This document shows, piece after piece, positions 44,141-56,042 of a stretch of DNA of 64,000 nt. Source of the DNA: Vitrella brassicaformis CCMP3155 (taxonomy: Eukaryota; Protista; Chromerida); the NCBI GenBank assembly GCA_001179505.1, contig CDMY01000635.1, positions 62,001 to 126,000 on the forward strand, in the 5' to 3' direction. The translations under genes and the position numbers were made by a program. A model generated the notes under the pieces. The model was not told the origin of the DNA. It worked only from the letters and a program-made list of their open reading frames with translations, and searched no databases. Position 1 is the stretch's first letter; each line of letters opens with the position of its first letter.

Positions 44141-45801
44141 TCAGTAGTTGCGTGCGGTAGACTTGCGTTGGTTGCGGCCGTTGGTCTGCCCCCCGTTGCG
44201 CTTGTCCTTGCTCGCGAACTTGGGCTCGGGGGGCACGCCACACGACACGGCGGCCGGGTTGGTGTTGACTGGCTTCCCCTTCTTGCGGTTGCGGCGCTTG
44301 GAGCCGTTCATGAGGGCCTGGCGGCGACCCTCAGCAGCGAAATAGTCCTCCTCAAACTGACCGACAGACAGACAGAGACATCATATCCGCTGTAGTCTTC
44401 TTTGCACGTGTGTGTGCGTCGTCGTGTGTCTGTCTGACCTCATCTTCCGATACTTCATCGTCGGCCGAGTACACCTTACGAGGGCGGGGGGCCTGCAGGC
44501 GACAAAGGGGAACAAGCGAAGGTGACGGTGCGGTGGTTGGGTTGGTGCTTTTGGATGTCAGTCGGTCACCGACTCACACACCTGCTGCTGGGCCCCCGTG
44601 AGCGCTGCGGTGGTGCTGTTGGTGCCCTCGGCCTGCGACAAGAGCTCCTCTATGGCGTACAACTCCTGACTGCACACACACACACACGCACACCAGAGAA
44701 ACAGAGAGAAGGGGGGCACACATGGCACATCCATTCGCTTGCTGCGAGAGCCGTTCCTTCGTGTGTCATGCTCACAGCAGTGCGGGGACGTCGTATTGTC
44801 TGAGACTCAAGATGCGGCCCTGGAAGGCCTGCACCTGCTCACGCACCTCCTGAACCAATCAACACAGCACACGGACACATCGATGTGCAAATGTCCCGGG
44901 CTGGGAAGGGCCTTGCCTTAGCCCCTGCCTGCCTGACGTACCGCTAGTATCAGCCAGACGGTCTGCAGGTCAGCCTGCGGCCGCATACGCGCCAATGCGC
45001 CCCGCTGGCCGCAGATGATCTCCATCCGGTCGCGACGGCACCGCAACTTATCCAGCTCGGCCATGAAGTAGTGCATGTCGATACACTCAAAATGCTCCTC
45101 GCTCTCGTCCCCCCCTCCCGGCGCCACATACCCGCCACTGCTGCCGCCCGCCGCCATCTCATTCAGCTGTGTCGCGTCCACCCGACCGGTCGCTGTCAGG
45201 ATGGTGCCGCAGGGCAACTCGATGGCCGTGACCTCATCCGTCGGAGTGTTGGTGGCGGTGGCGGTGGTGCTGGTGTTGGCCATTGTTTCCTCCTCCAGTG
45301 TGTGCGGTGTGGCGGTGTTGGTGTGGTTGGTGTCGGCGCCACCGCCAGCGCCGTCATGGTGGCCACCGTGTTGCCACCCAGCAGCAGCAGGGGCGAAGGT
45401 GGTGAAGTGTGTGAAGGGCTTGACGCAGAGGGGGCAGCGGAGATGCTCCTTGCACCAGTTGGTCAGACACGGGCGGCAGAAGGTGTGCTCACAGGCCCCC
45501 AGCTGGGCTGCATTGCAGCACACACCACAAAGCACAAAGCACAGAGAGACCACTCTCACGAGTCACTGTGGTGAGTCGTGTCTTGGCTATATGCGACCTC
45601 TCTGCTTCCCTTCCTGCCTCTCCTGCCTTTCCTTCCTGTCCTGCCGACGTGTGTCTGTCGTGTCGCTGCTTGTCGCTCTTGCGTACCGATTTCGACAGCA
45701 GCGTGCAGGCAGGTTCCATGCTTGAAGTCCGAGAGGCAGATTGCACAGGTTCCACTCACTGTCTTCTTCCGATGATCAGTGGTGGTGGGCGTATGGGACA
45801 T
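44141..45801 (-). CDS. C3HC4 RING-finger protein (putative E3 ubiquitin ligase), multi-exon
   Basis: Spliced RING 'CAICLSDFKHGTCLHAAVEIAQLGACEHTFCRPCLTNWCKEHLRCPLC'; later exons end in a basic tail '..KRRNRKKGKP..RNY*' (stop 44141-44143). Confidence 0.8.
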
Positions 45802-46049
45802 ACAACGGCAGGTGCGACAGGCGACACACACACGATTCTCTCTCACGCCGCGCGACGCGCCGACGCGGGAGAGTCCAACAAGCCGGTGGAGGACCGAGAG
45901 ACGAACGCTGGAAAGCCTCCGAGAGAACCCCGGAAGCCTTCTTTTGTTTTGCTAGAGGGAAATGGATAGGATCAAAGCGCGCGTGAAACGAACGCATTTG
46001 CGAGCTTAGGGCTGGCGTAGCTTCAAGCTTCCACCATAATTCTCCGCCC
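45802..46049. promoter_or_regulatory. Bidirectional promoter spacer with TGCGAGCTTA (45999-46008)
   Basis: Reverse complement of TAAGCTCGCA in a divergent spacer. Confidence 0.6.
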
Positions 46050-49000
46050 ATGTCGCTCAAGGACAAGGACAAAGCCTCGCCCAGGCAGAAATACGAAGAC
46101 CGTCTGCGGCAGGTCCGTCACCGCGCCCCGAGCCGACCACACAGAGAAAGGCGCTGCTCTGGATGCGACGAACGCATGGATGGATGGAATGGATGGCTGG
46201 GCTGTTGTGTTTGTGTCGGTTCACAGGTCGGTGCGGACATCGATGCCGCCATGGCGGCCCGCGAGGAACACCACGAGCGGCACATCAGCGAGATCCAATA
46301 CGCCAAGGAGCTGGAGATCACGGCCATCCGGCAGCAGTGCAGCGAGGAGCTCCAGCACGCCCGGCAGACCTTCGAGGCCCACCTCTCAACCCTGCAGCAG
46401 GAGAGGGACCAGTCCACCCAACACAAGGAGCGGCTGGCGGCCGAGCTCACGGAGCAGAGCGACCTGGTGCAGTCCCTCTCACGCCAGCTGGAAAGCCTTA
46501 AGCATGAGAAGGCCGGGGCGGAGAAGCGCTGCCGTGAGACCGAGCGGCAGCAGGACCAGCTCGAGGTAGTCAACCAGCGGCTGCAGCAGCAGCTGGACCT
46601 CGTGACGCAGTCGTCGGACTCTTTGTGTCGTGGGTCGGCCCTCAACCCCACGACCATCGCAGTGTATGAGGAGGCCCTCAGCGGCCTGCAGCAGCAGCTC
46701 AGGCGCGCCGGCAAGGCCGCCGACTCCACCGAGATGATACACGAGGTCATGCAGCGACTCGGCAGCAACCACCCCACCAGCAACAGTGACAGCGATGTCA
46801 AGATGGACGACGCAAACGAGACCAAGGAGCGGTCCGATGCCGCCATCCAGACTTCTGCCGACGCGTCTGACGACTCCCACCCCCCCTCCCCCTCCCCTTC
46901 CCCCAGCCAGGAGCAGCTGAACCGTTGCCTCCACGCCGTCCAATCGTATGACCCCGAGACCCTCCAGACCCTCCTGTCTGCCGCCCCCTCCTCCGTCGCC
47001 ACCCACCCCGCCCTCCTCTCAGCCGTCTTCTCCCTCCCACCGCCCGAGGCCGAGCCCCTCTCACTCATTCTTTTGTCGTTCTACGACATGAAGCGTCTGG
47101 GGGACGTGCTGCTCAAGGCGGCCGGGGAGGGGCAGGACCGGGTGGTCCAGTGGACCATCCGGGCCTGCCTGCGCAAGTTCCTGGCGTCGGTGGATGGGCG
47201 GGGGAGGAGCGCACTGGCGCTGGCGTGTGATGGTGGGAACGGGAAGCTGGCGGAGATGCTGGTGCGGTATGACGCGCCGGTGGACACGAGGGATGAGAAG
47301 ATGCAGACGCCTCTACACGCCGTCAGTCGCAGGTACGTCGAGGGAGGGACGCCAGGAGGGATGGATGGGTCTATCTGGTGTCTTCTGCGTCGTGTCTCAT
47401 GTGGGTATGTATGTCATGTGGGCGATGTGCGCAGGGGTGATTTCAAGTTGGTTGAGTTTCTGTTGATGTCTGGTGCCGACCCCGCCCTGGTGGACTCGTC
47501 GGGCCACACCGCCCGTGCGCTGGCCGCAGACGGCGGATACTCGCAGGTCATCGAGCACCTCGACAGCCAACACGTCATCAGCATATCCCTACGGGTAGTT
47601 ACATACCAGCACGAGAGAAGAGAGAATAGGATATACACACACAGCCAGCCTTCCATGAGCACCTTTCTGCACTGTTTGTGTGTTGAATGAATGAACGTGT
47701 GGCGGTGGCGTGGGGTGTGCCATGTCATGTGTGCAGGGCAATGACCACTACAAGCGCGGCGAGTATCGCGCGGCGTTGGAACGGTATAGCGAGGCCATCG
47801 GCATCTGCAAGCGGATGCCCCCACACTCACACGCAGACAACCTCACCAAACTACACTACAACAAGGTAAGTAACTAAGGACGCACTAACACCCACACACG
47901 CGTACGCACACCGAAAGCCGCGAGGTCCATGTCATGTTGATTGCATTGCCCCCCTTTGGTTGGTAGGCCCGTGCGTTGTATCGGCTGGGCGAGTGGACGG
48001 CGGCGTTGCGTGAGTGCTCAGAGTGCCTCCGGCTGGACGACCGATACGAAAACGCGTACTCGCAACGGGCTCAGGTACACAGACCGAGGGACACGGATGG
48101 ACACGAGACAGACGACGGTTGTGTGTATGTGTGGATGGAATGTGCGGGGGGTCGTTGTGTGTGTGTTTGTTTGTCAGTGTCACATGGCATTGTTGAAGTT
48201 CCAGGAGGCGGCCAACGACTACCAGAAACTCATGGAGCTTGTACCGGGCGAACTCGAGTGGGTCGCAAGGTCAGTAGGCCGCTGGGCATCTTCCCTCCCT
48301 CCCTCCCTCCCTCCCTCAGCACGTGTCTGTGCGTTGTGTCCATGGATCCTTCCACCTATCAGGCACCAGGATGCCCTCCGCATGGCCCAGATGGACCACT
48401 ACGCCATGTTAGAGCTGCCGTCGCACACGGCTACCGGTGACGATATCAAGAAGGTGCGGAGAAAGAAGACGCCAACCCATCAGCAGCAGCAACGGTGGGC
48501 TGACTGACGTCGATTGCTTTGTTTGTTCGTTCAGGCCTACCGTCGTTTGGCGATGCGGTGGCATCCGGACAAGAACCGCCATCGGTCGGCCGACGAGCAG
48601 CTCCGGGCCAACGCACACTTCACACGGTCCGCCACTATTCGAGAAATGCAGCCAGCACACACGTACCCTCGACATGCATGCATACATCTGCTCTCCTCAC
48701 TCATCGATCAGGGTGCAAGAGGCCTACAATGTGCTATCGGACGAGGCCCAGCGGTCATCCTACGACCTCACCCTCTCCCTGCAGAAGGCCAGCCGCTTCT
48801 CACCTCACTCCCACACCCACACCCACACCAGCCACAGCCACAGCCATTCCTCCTACGCCCACCGGCCCCCCTCATTCCACCCCACTCACCACCCGGCATA
48901 CTTCAACAACAACAGCCAACGATACAGAGACAGAGACCGCGCCTCCCAGTCCCCCCGCCGAGGACACCCATTCGACCCGGCGGCCGCCAACGCAGGCTGG

Positions 49001-51560
49001 TACTCGAGTGCATTTGGTGGGCCCACCAGCTCATGGATGGGGGGCTACCCCCACCCTACCACCGGCACACGGTCTGGCGGACCATCGCACGGCTTCAAGG
49101 TCTTCACGCCCTTCCCGCGGTCCGGCAACACGCCCCCACCTACTCGGGCCGGGGGGACGAGCTACGCCGACATGGAGTGGACGGGGCAAGAGGATGAGGT
49201 GCCACAGGCCTCACATGCTCACCCACATGCACATGCAGCGACGGCACAAGCCAATCCCTGGACGGACAGCCAGCAACAGCAGCAGCAGCAGCAGCCGTCC
49301 AAGCATGATGAATACGGCCACGGGGCGGCAGACAACGCCAACCCCTCACGCAAACGGGAGGCTGCAGCTGCTGTGGTGGGTGTGGCGAGTGGGTCGAGTG
49401 GTGCGAGCAGCGAGACCCACAGCCAGCACTCTTCCTCTCAGCAGCAGAACGCCAAGAAATTCCCCATCCCCCCGCCCCAGCCCCCTCCCGGCAGCCCCAT
49501 GGAAGTGGACGGCGGTCCCACCGACATCCCATCGGAGGGCCATGCGGAGCAGCACCATGACCGAGACGCAGTCGAGAAGCGCACACCCAGCAAGGGCCGC
49601 ATGCCCGGCGAGGACGCCACGCCCAAGCGTCAAACAACGGGGCCCCGCATGTCCTTCGTCTCATCCCAGGGAGCTGCCAAGGGTGGCCGCAACAACAACC
49701 CCCTCCCTTCGCCAGAGAGCGGGCACAAGTCCCGCCGTCGGTACAGTGCCGTTTGGCCCAAGGACCCCTTCCCCTCCTTCTCACCCAAGCCACAGCTGGT
49801 CAAGAATCCACATACGGCATCCGAGAGGGCGATCGGCATCGACCACATCCAGCAGGCCAACCAATCGCGGCCCAGCACAGCCACCAACGGGACGTCAGCA
49901 CGCGAGCCACCCCTCACTGCCCGCTACCCCAACGAAGGCGGCCGCAAGACGGCTGCAGGGGCCGTCAACCCCCGCCCGGTGCCGACAAAGAGCCAGAACT
50001 ACTTCGCTGCCGCCCCAGTCGGGGCGTCGGCAGAAGACGAGGGACCGCAGCTGACGTCAGAGCGGCTGACTGGGCGGAAGGGGGCAGCAAACCCCGGAAG
50101 CGGCATGGGATTACCCGCACAGCAGGGCGCCTCCCGTCCCGCTGCAGGAGTTTCCAACCGATCTAGCTACGGCAGCAAGGATATCCACATCAGCAGCGAC
50201 AGCTCGCCAGGCCGCGTCCGTGCCGAGGATGTGTATCGCACCAACGGGGGAGGGCTGGCGTCATCAGTGGGATCGGTGAGGTCGATGGAGCAGCTGATGG
50301 CTAGGATGAGGGGTGGCGCCAAGATGGACCCACGGATCGTCACTGTGGAGTTGGGCGGGACTGGTGGGGGCGGGCACAAGGGAGGCGGTGGCCGAAAGGC
50401 AAACTCGGCCAGTGCTGCTGGGGGCAACGGACAGATCAAGGTCCGCGGAGGAGGCAATCCGACAGAGACGCCGCAGCGGGTGCGGTACAGTACACGACGC
50501 ACACACACAATCCTTGTCAGCTGACACGGAAAGAACGACATGTAAGCCACCCACCCATGTCTCTCTCGTTGCTGTCTCTCAGGGCGTGCGAAAGCTCCGC
50601 AAGAGCGATGCTGAGCAGGCCATTGGTTTCGGCGCCAGCCCCGCGAGTGAGCAGGACATGGACAGCCCAGTAGAGATGAATACAGACAACGACCCCCCGC
50701 TACCGCCCACATCATTCCCCACATCCTACCCGCCGCCCCTGGACCCATCACAGCAGCCGCACAACACCACCGACTCACCCGCGCCCTCACCCATGATGCG
50801 CCACGCACACGGCTTCGACACCGTCAGCCCGGTCCGCAAGGCCACGGCCGCCGAGCATGACGGCAATCTCGACTTCCTCTCGCGATTCGTGCCGTATGTC
50901 GATTCGGCTGCGGCCCGCGAGGCCTTCCAGGAGGGCATACCGTCGAGCGAGGCGCATGCAGAGGACCCATTCATGATGAGTGGGGGCAATGACAATGCAG
51001 CGGCGGCAGCAGCGGCAGCAGCAGCACGAGGGCAGGAGTCCCTGTTTGGCGAGCCGGAAGGCCATAGCTGGGAAGGGCTGGGGCAGAAGGCCGCTGCGGC
51101 AGCCAGCGGACGAGCACCACACGCCAACCACCCAGCAGCCCGCCGACGCCACTCCGTGGGGCACGAGTCCACCCCTGCCAACAGCAATCCTCATCCCTTT
51201 GAGCAGCTGCGTGCCGAGGTGCCACCGGCCCCCATGTTTGACGAGCCGTCGCACCAGCGCCCCTTCTCCCGTGATGGAGACGACTACTCGACGGGCGAGC
51301 ATGAGAACGGGCACTACTCCGAGCCCGAGCTCTCCCCCCAGCCGCCGCCGAGATACCCCATGGATGAGGAGGTGCAGGTAGACGGATTCGAGGACGAGAT
51401 GGACATGGGCCAAGAGCCAGAGGTAGACCACGCGTCGCATCATCCGTTGCATGCGTCATGGGGAGGAGGCTTCGCCGGTGGTGGGGCGGGGTCTGAGTCG
51501 GTGGGGTATGGCGGTGGTGCGCCTGTTGGCAAGGGCAAAAGGGGAGGGTCGCCAAACTGA
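46050..51560 (+). CDS. Coiled-coil + ankyrin + TPR + J-domain (DNAJC7-like module) protein with a very long disordered C-terminus, multi-exon
   Basis: Ankyrin 'GRSALALAC', 'QTPLHAVS', 'GHTARALAA'; TPR 'GNDHYKRGEYRAALERYSEAI', 'ARALYRLGEWTAALREC'; J-domain 'DHYAMLEL..DIKK-AYRRLAMRWHPDKN..VQEAYNVLSDEAQRSSYD'. Confidence 0.85.
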
Positions 51561-51956
51561 TCACAGACAGACAGAGGAGAGAGAGGGTGTGACAGACTGT
51601 AGCGAGCGCCTTGACTGAGGGGAGAGAGAGAGACTGTGTAGCATCGCTGATTGTTGGTGACTGACTGACTGGTGGCGATGGGATGGATGGCCGTGTGGTA
51701 GTGAGTGGAGGGAGGTGGATCGAATCAATCGATAGAATGCATTCATTGAATTGACGCTCGCTGACTGACTGATGTCGGTCGGTCGGTCGGTTCGTTTAAG
51801 ACCCTATGGATAGCATGTGGTCGGTACACACATGTTCGTTCGTTCATCGCGTGAGTGTCAATACGTGTCTCATCGATCAGATCAACCGCCGCGCCCAGAC
51901 AGCACAGAATTGACAGACACAGACAGACAGACGCAAATCTAAGACGCGTCCCACAG

Positions 51957-52772
51957 TCATCGTATCTCGGTGGCTGCGGCAAGCCGGCTGCTTTGGTTGC
52001 TCTCCCGCGCCTGATTGAACACCTCGCGGAACTCAGACCTGAGGGAGGACAGAGAGAGATGCGGTACACAATACACACATCACATCCACCCTCTCTGTCC
52101 GTCCGTCCGCCCATTTCACTCAGTCTCTCACTTGAGTTCCTTGTTGTGTGGGTCCTTGGTGAAGGCCGTGCCTGACATACATAGAGTCAGTGACAGAGAG
52201 CAAAGCACAGCACACTCTCTCTTCTCCCCCTGATCCGATGGATGCGCTCCTTCCCTCTCTTTGTTGGTGTGACACTCACCTAGTTCGGTAGCGGCCTGTG
52301 TCAAGTCGCCCAGTGCCTTGTAGGCATGCGCCAACCGGTAGTAGCCCTTGGGCCACTCGGGGTCGTAACGCACCGTCTGATTGATGCACACAAACACGCA
52401 CACACACACACACACACATGCATCTTATCTCCTCGCGTGTGTGTGTCCCATCCCATTCCGTGCCGTACCTCTTTGCCCTGGGCGATTGCCTGCTGTGGCT
52501 GGTCCATGGCCAGGTGGCACGCAGCGCAGTTGGAGTGCAGCGCCCTGAGCAGCAGCACCAGCTCCTGACGGCATGAGCTCAGATGGCCGAAATCAAACTC
52601 TGTTCCCGCCTTGGGGCCCCGCGCGTCGGTGAGCGAACGAATGAACGAGATGAGGGGGTTGTCGTCGGTCAAGACGGAGATTGCCTGCAGATCGGATACA
52701 CACACACACACACACAGAGGGAGGGAGAGCGAAGGGGTAAAAGAGCAGAAGATGTGTCAATTTTGTTTGTTT

Positions 52773-52804
<32 letters not shown>

Positions 52805-54223
52805 ATTGCGTGCGTACCTCTCGGTAGGTCTCGAGTGCCGGCGCATTCTGCCCATTCTTGTAGAGCTGGTTGCCCTTGGTTTTGAGCTCTTCCGCCCTCT
52901 CTCGCCTCTTCCTGTGCTCGGCCTCATCCCAATGCACCTTCTCAAACGCACCCGCAGCATCGAAACCGTCCCCCTGCCCATTGGCGTTGTCGTCACGGTT
53001 GCTGGGCCCATGAGCTTCGATGTCCATCGGTTTAGCGGCCTCGGCGGCCTCGGCAGCGACGTTAGTGACGGGGCGGAGGAGGGCGCAGATGGCGTCGAAG
53101 GTGTGACCGAGTTGAAGGGGCGTCTGGCCGTTGGTGACCTTGTTGGGGTTGGCACCTTTGCTCAACAGCTTCTGGGTGCCCTCAGCGTCTCCGTTCTCAG
53201 CCGTGCAGTGCAGCGGAATCCAGCCATCCTGATCTGACAAGACAAGCCCACAAACGGACACGTCCATCCATCCATCCATCCATCCCCTCAGCCTTGCTCT
53301 CCCTTTCTTTGTGTCGGTGGCACCTTCAACGTTCGGGTCAGCGCCCCCCTCGAGCAGCAGGTCGAATATCTCCTTGGCCGTGTCGACGTGGTGCCGCATC
53401 GATGCGCTCAGGATGAGGGGCGGGGGCACCTGGCGGCTGCCCAGGTCGGGATTGGCCCCGTGGGCGAGCAGCAGACGGACGGCTGTGGCATTCTGTTGTG
53501 TGACGGCCCACAGGAGGGGCGTCCCGAACTCCGTCGAGCATGCGTTGACGTCACAGGGAGGAAGAGGCTGTATACAGCCGAGAGAGAAGAAGCAAAGGGT
53601 GTGTATGTATGTATGGCTGCCTGTCTGTGTCTGTCTATCTCGGTCGCACCGTCTCGTCAGTGCGGCAGTTGAGGAGCATCTCAAGCAGGCTGCCGTCGCG
53701 GTGCTCGGCGGCCACATGAAGCGCAGACGTCCCCTTGCGATTCCTGCAGCGCAATGCAATAGCATCAACACACATATATCCACCCACATGCGCATTGATC
53801 TCTCCTCTCCATCCATCCATCGATCAGGTTAGCTTACAGGTGGCTGATCTTGGCTCCCCTGTCCAGCAACAGCCGCACCACGTCCGCATGGTTGTGGAGC
53901 ACCGCCAGCAGCAGCGGCGTGTCGCCCACATCACACTCCAGGTCCACCTTGACGCCCTCAATGGCCAGCAAGGTCTTGACATTCTCCACCCTCCCTCCCA
54001 TGCACGCGAAGTGCAGACATCCCCGGCCATTGCCGTCGCGGTATTGGTTGACGATGTCCGCCAGAGTGACGCCTTCCTCTCCCCTCTCTCGTCGGATGGT
54101 CTCCAGGTGGCTGATGAGCTCCGCGGCGTCCTGATCTTTGGCGCATGCGAGCAGTTGCGTCAGCTCCTTCTTCACCCGGTTGAAGGCCTCGTTTGAGTGG
54201 CTTGCAGATGCTGATGCTGCCAT
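51957..54223 (-). CDS. Ankyrin-repeat + C-terminal TPR protein, multi-exon
   Basis: 'GRGCLHFAC', 'GDTPLLLA', 'GTPLLWAV', 'GWIPLHCTAENG', 'GQTPLQL'; TPR 'AEELKTKGNQLYKNG', 'SNCAACHLAM', 'PEWPKGYYRLAHAYKALG'; stop at 51957-51959. Confidence 0.85.
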
Positions 54224-54362
54224 GGCTGACGCCGAGGAAAAGGGGAGGGTTGTAAGCTCGCAAGCTCGCGTCTTCAGGGTTTCCGTCTCTAAAAACCTCT
54301 CCTACGTCTTATTCCTCTCTTTCTCCTTCCCACCCGACCTCTCCGGGCAGCCGACATCAGAA
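54224..54362. promoter_or_regulatory. Bidirectional promoter spacer with tandem TAAGCTCGCAAGCTCGCG (54253-54270) and AGGGTTT (54276-54282)
   Basis: Two adjacent motif copies plus a telo-box in a 139-bp spacer. Confidence 0.65.
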
Positions 54363-56003
54363 ATGGCAAACCGAGAGGTGATTGAAATCGACGACGACAG
54401 TGAGCCGTCGTCCGGCCCGCCTGAGCCGCCACCCCATCAGCCGGCGGCTCTGGCAGCAGCGGCTCATGCGCCGATGCCGCCGCCCGGGCAGCTCCAGGTC
54501 GGCAACGTACTCGTTGGCCGATATCGAGTCACCGGGACCCTCGGAAACGGTGCATTCGGTAAGCCGTGACGTAGGATACATCGAGGGGGGTCTGGGAGGT
54601 GCATGCGATGCGTGGGCACAAATGCGTGTGTATGTGTTGCGTGTTGGGCAGGTAGTGTGTATTGTGTGACGGACACGGTGTCCCGGACGCCACAGCAGCT
54701 GGCGGTCAAGTACTGTGCGGAGGATGACGGAGGCAAGAGCGTGGAGTTTTACCAAAAGAGAGACTACGACACCTTGAAGGCGCTGCAGGGTAGGCAGGCA
54801 CACAAAGGACTGGCTGGGAGACGGGAGACGGGAGCGGGGAGGGGGGAGGGGATCAGGCGCATGACCTTGTCGTCGAGTCGTGTTGTGTGCATCATGTCTG
54901 TGTGTCTGTGTGTGTGTGTGTGTGCTATAGGGATCCAGGGCATCGCACGCGAGTTTGGCACATTCCCCGCCACCAATGAGTGAGCCAACCCCACCCAACC
55001 CGCGACGCACACACAGCCTGGAGCATGGTCCGTCCCCTGTTGACTTGTGTGGTGTGGTTTGTGCGTGTGTGTCCTGACAGGCACCGGTCGTTCTTCTTGA
55101 TGGAGTTACTTGGAGACTCTCTGCACACACTGCACAGCTGGGCGCGGCGGTTCACCGTAGCCACTACCGCCAGCATCGGGGTAAGGACGGTAGAGAGGCA
55201 CGCTGACGGACGGACTGACTGACTGACGACGCCTGCTTGACGGCTGTGGGGGCTTTGTCTTGTCTTGTGGTGTGTTGCAGATCCAGCTGTTGGACGTGTT
55301 GACCAAGATGCACGAGCGTGGGTTCTTGCACCGGTGGGCCACACACGCAGACGCACACTCATCTCTGCACACACACCTCCATTCTCTCTCTGTCGGTCTG
55401 TGTGTGTGTGGGTTCTCCATTTGCAGCGACATCAAGCCGTGCAACATTGTGAGCGGGGGCAGCGATAGCTACCGTAAGCCAGCCGAGGAAACACTATACC
55501 CCCACCACACACCTGCCTGTCATGCCCTCATTCATCCCTCGTCCGTCTGTCTGTCTGCCTGTCTGTCTGCCTGGCCACAGGCCCCCAGCGACGGGGCGAT
55601 ATCTTCCTCGTGGACCTCGGCATGGCCAAAAAACACCTCGACCACAACGGACGGTACGCACACACCACACCACACCGCAGCAATTGGCCACTCACATCCA
55701 TCACATTTGTGTTTGTGTGGTGTGGTGGGCGTGTGTGTGTGTGTGTGTGTCGTGGGTACCCACAGCCCGCTGCCTCCGCGTTCGTCGGCGGCCTTCTGCG
55801 GCACGTCCTACTTCGCGTCGCTCAACACACACGAGAACAAGGAGCAGGGCCGGCTCGACGACCTCTACTCGCTCTGGTTCACGCTGCTCGAACTCATGCT
55901 GCACGAGCTCCCCTGGGCCCGCATCGACTGGGTAGGTACAAACCACACGCAACGCAACGCATCCCATACCACACACACACACGCATCTATGTCGACCTCT
56001 GGG

Positions 56004-56042
<39 letters not shown>

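Noticed and set aside
46118-47068. Long antisense ORFs opposite real exons (also 62512-63306, 31291-31791)
   Set aside because: Expected shadows of GC-rich coding sequence; no motifs.
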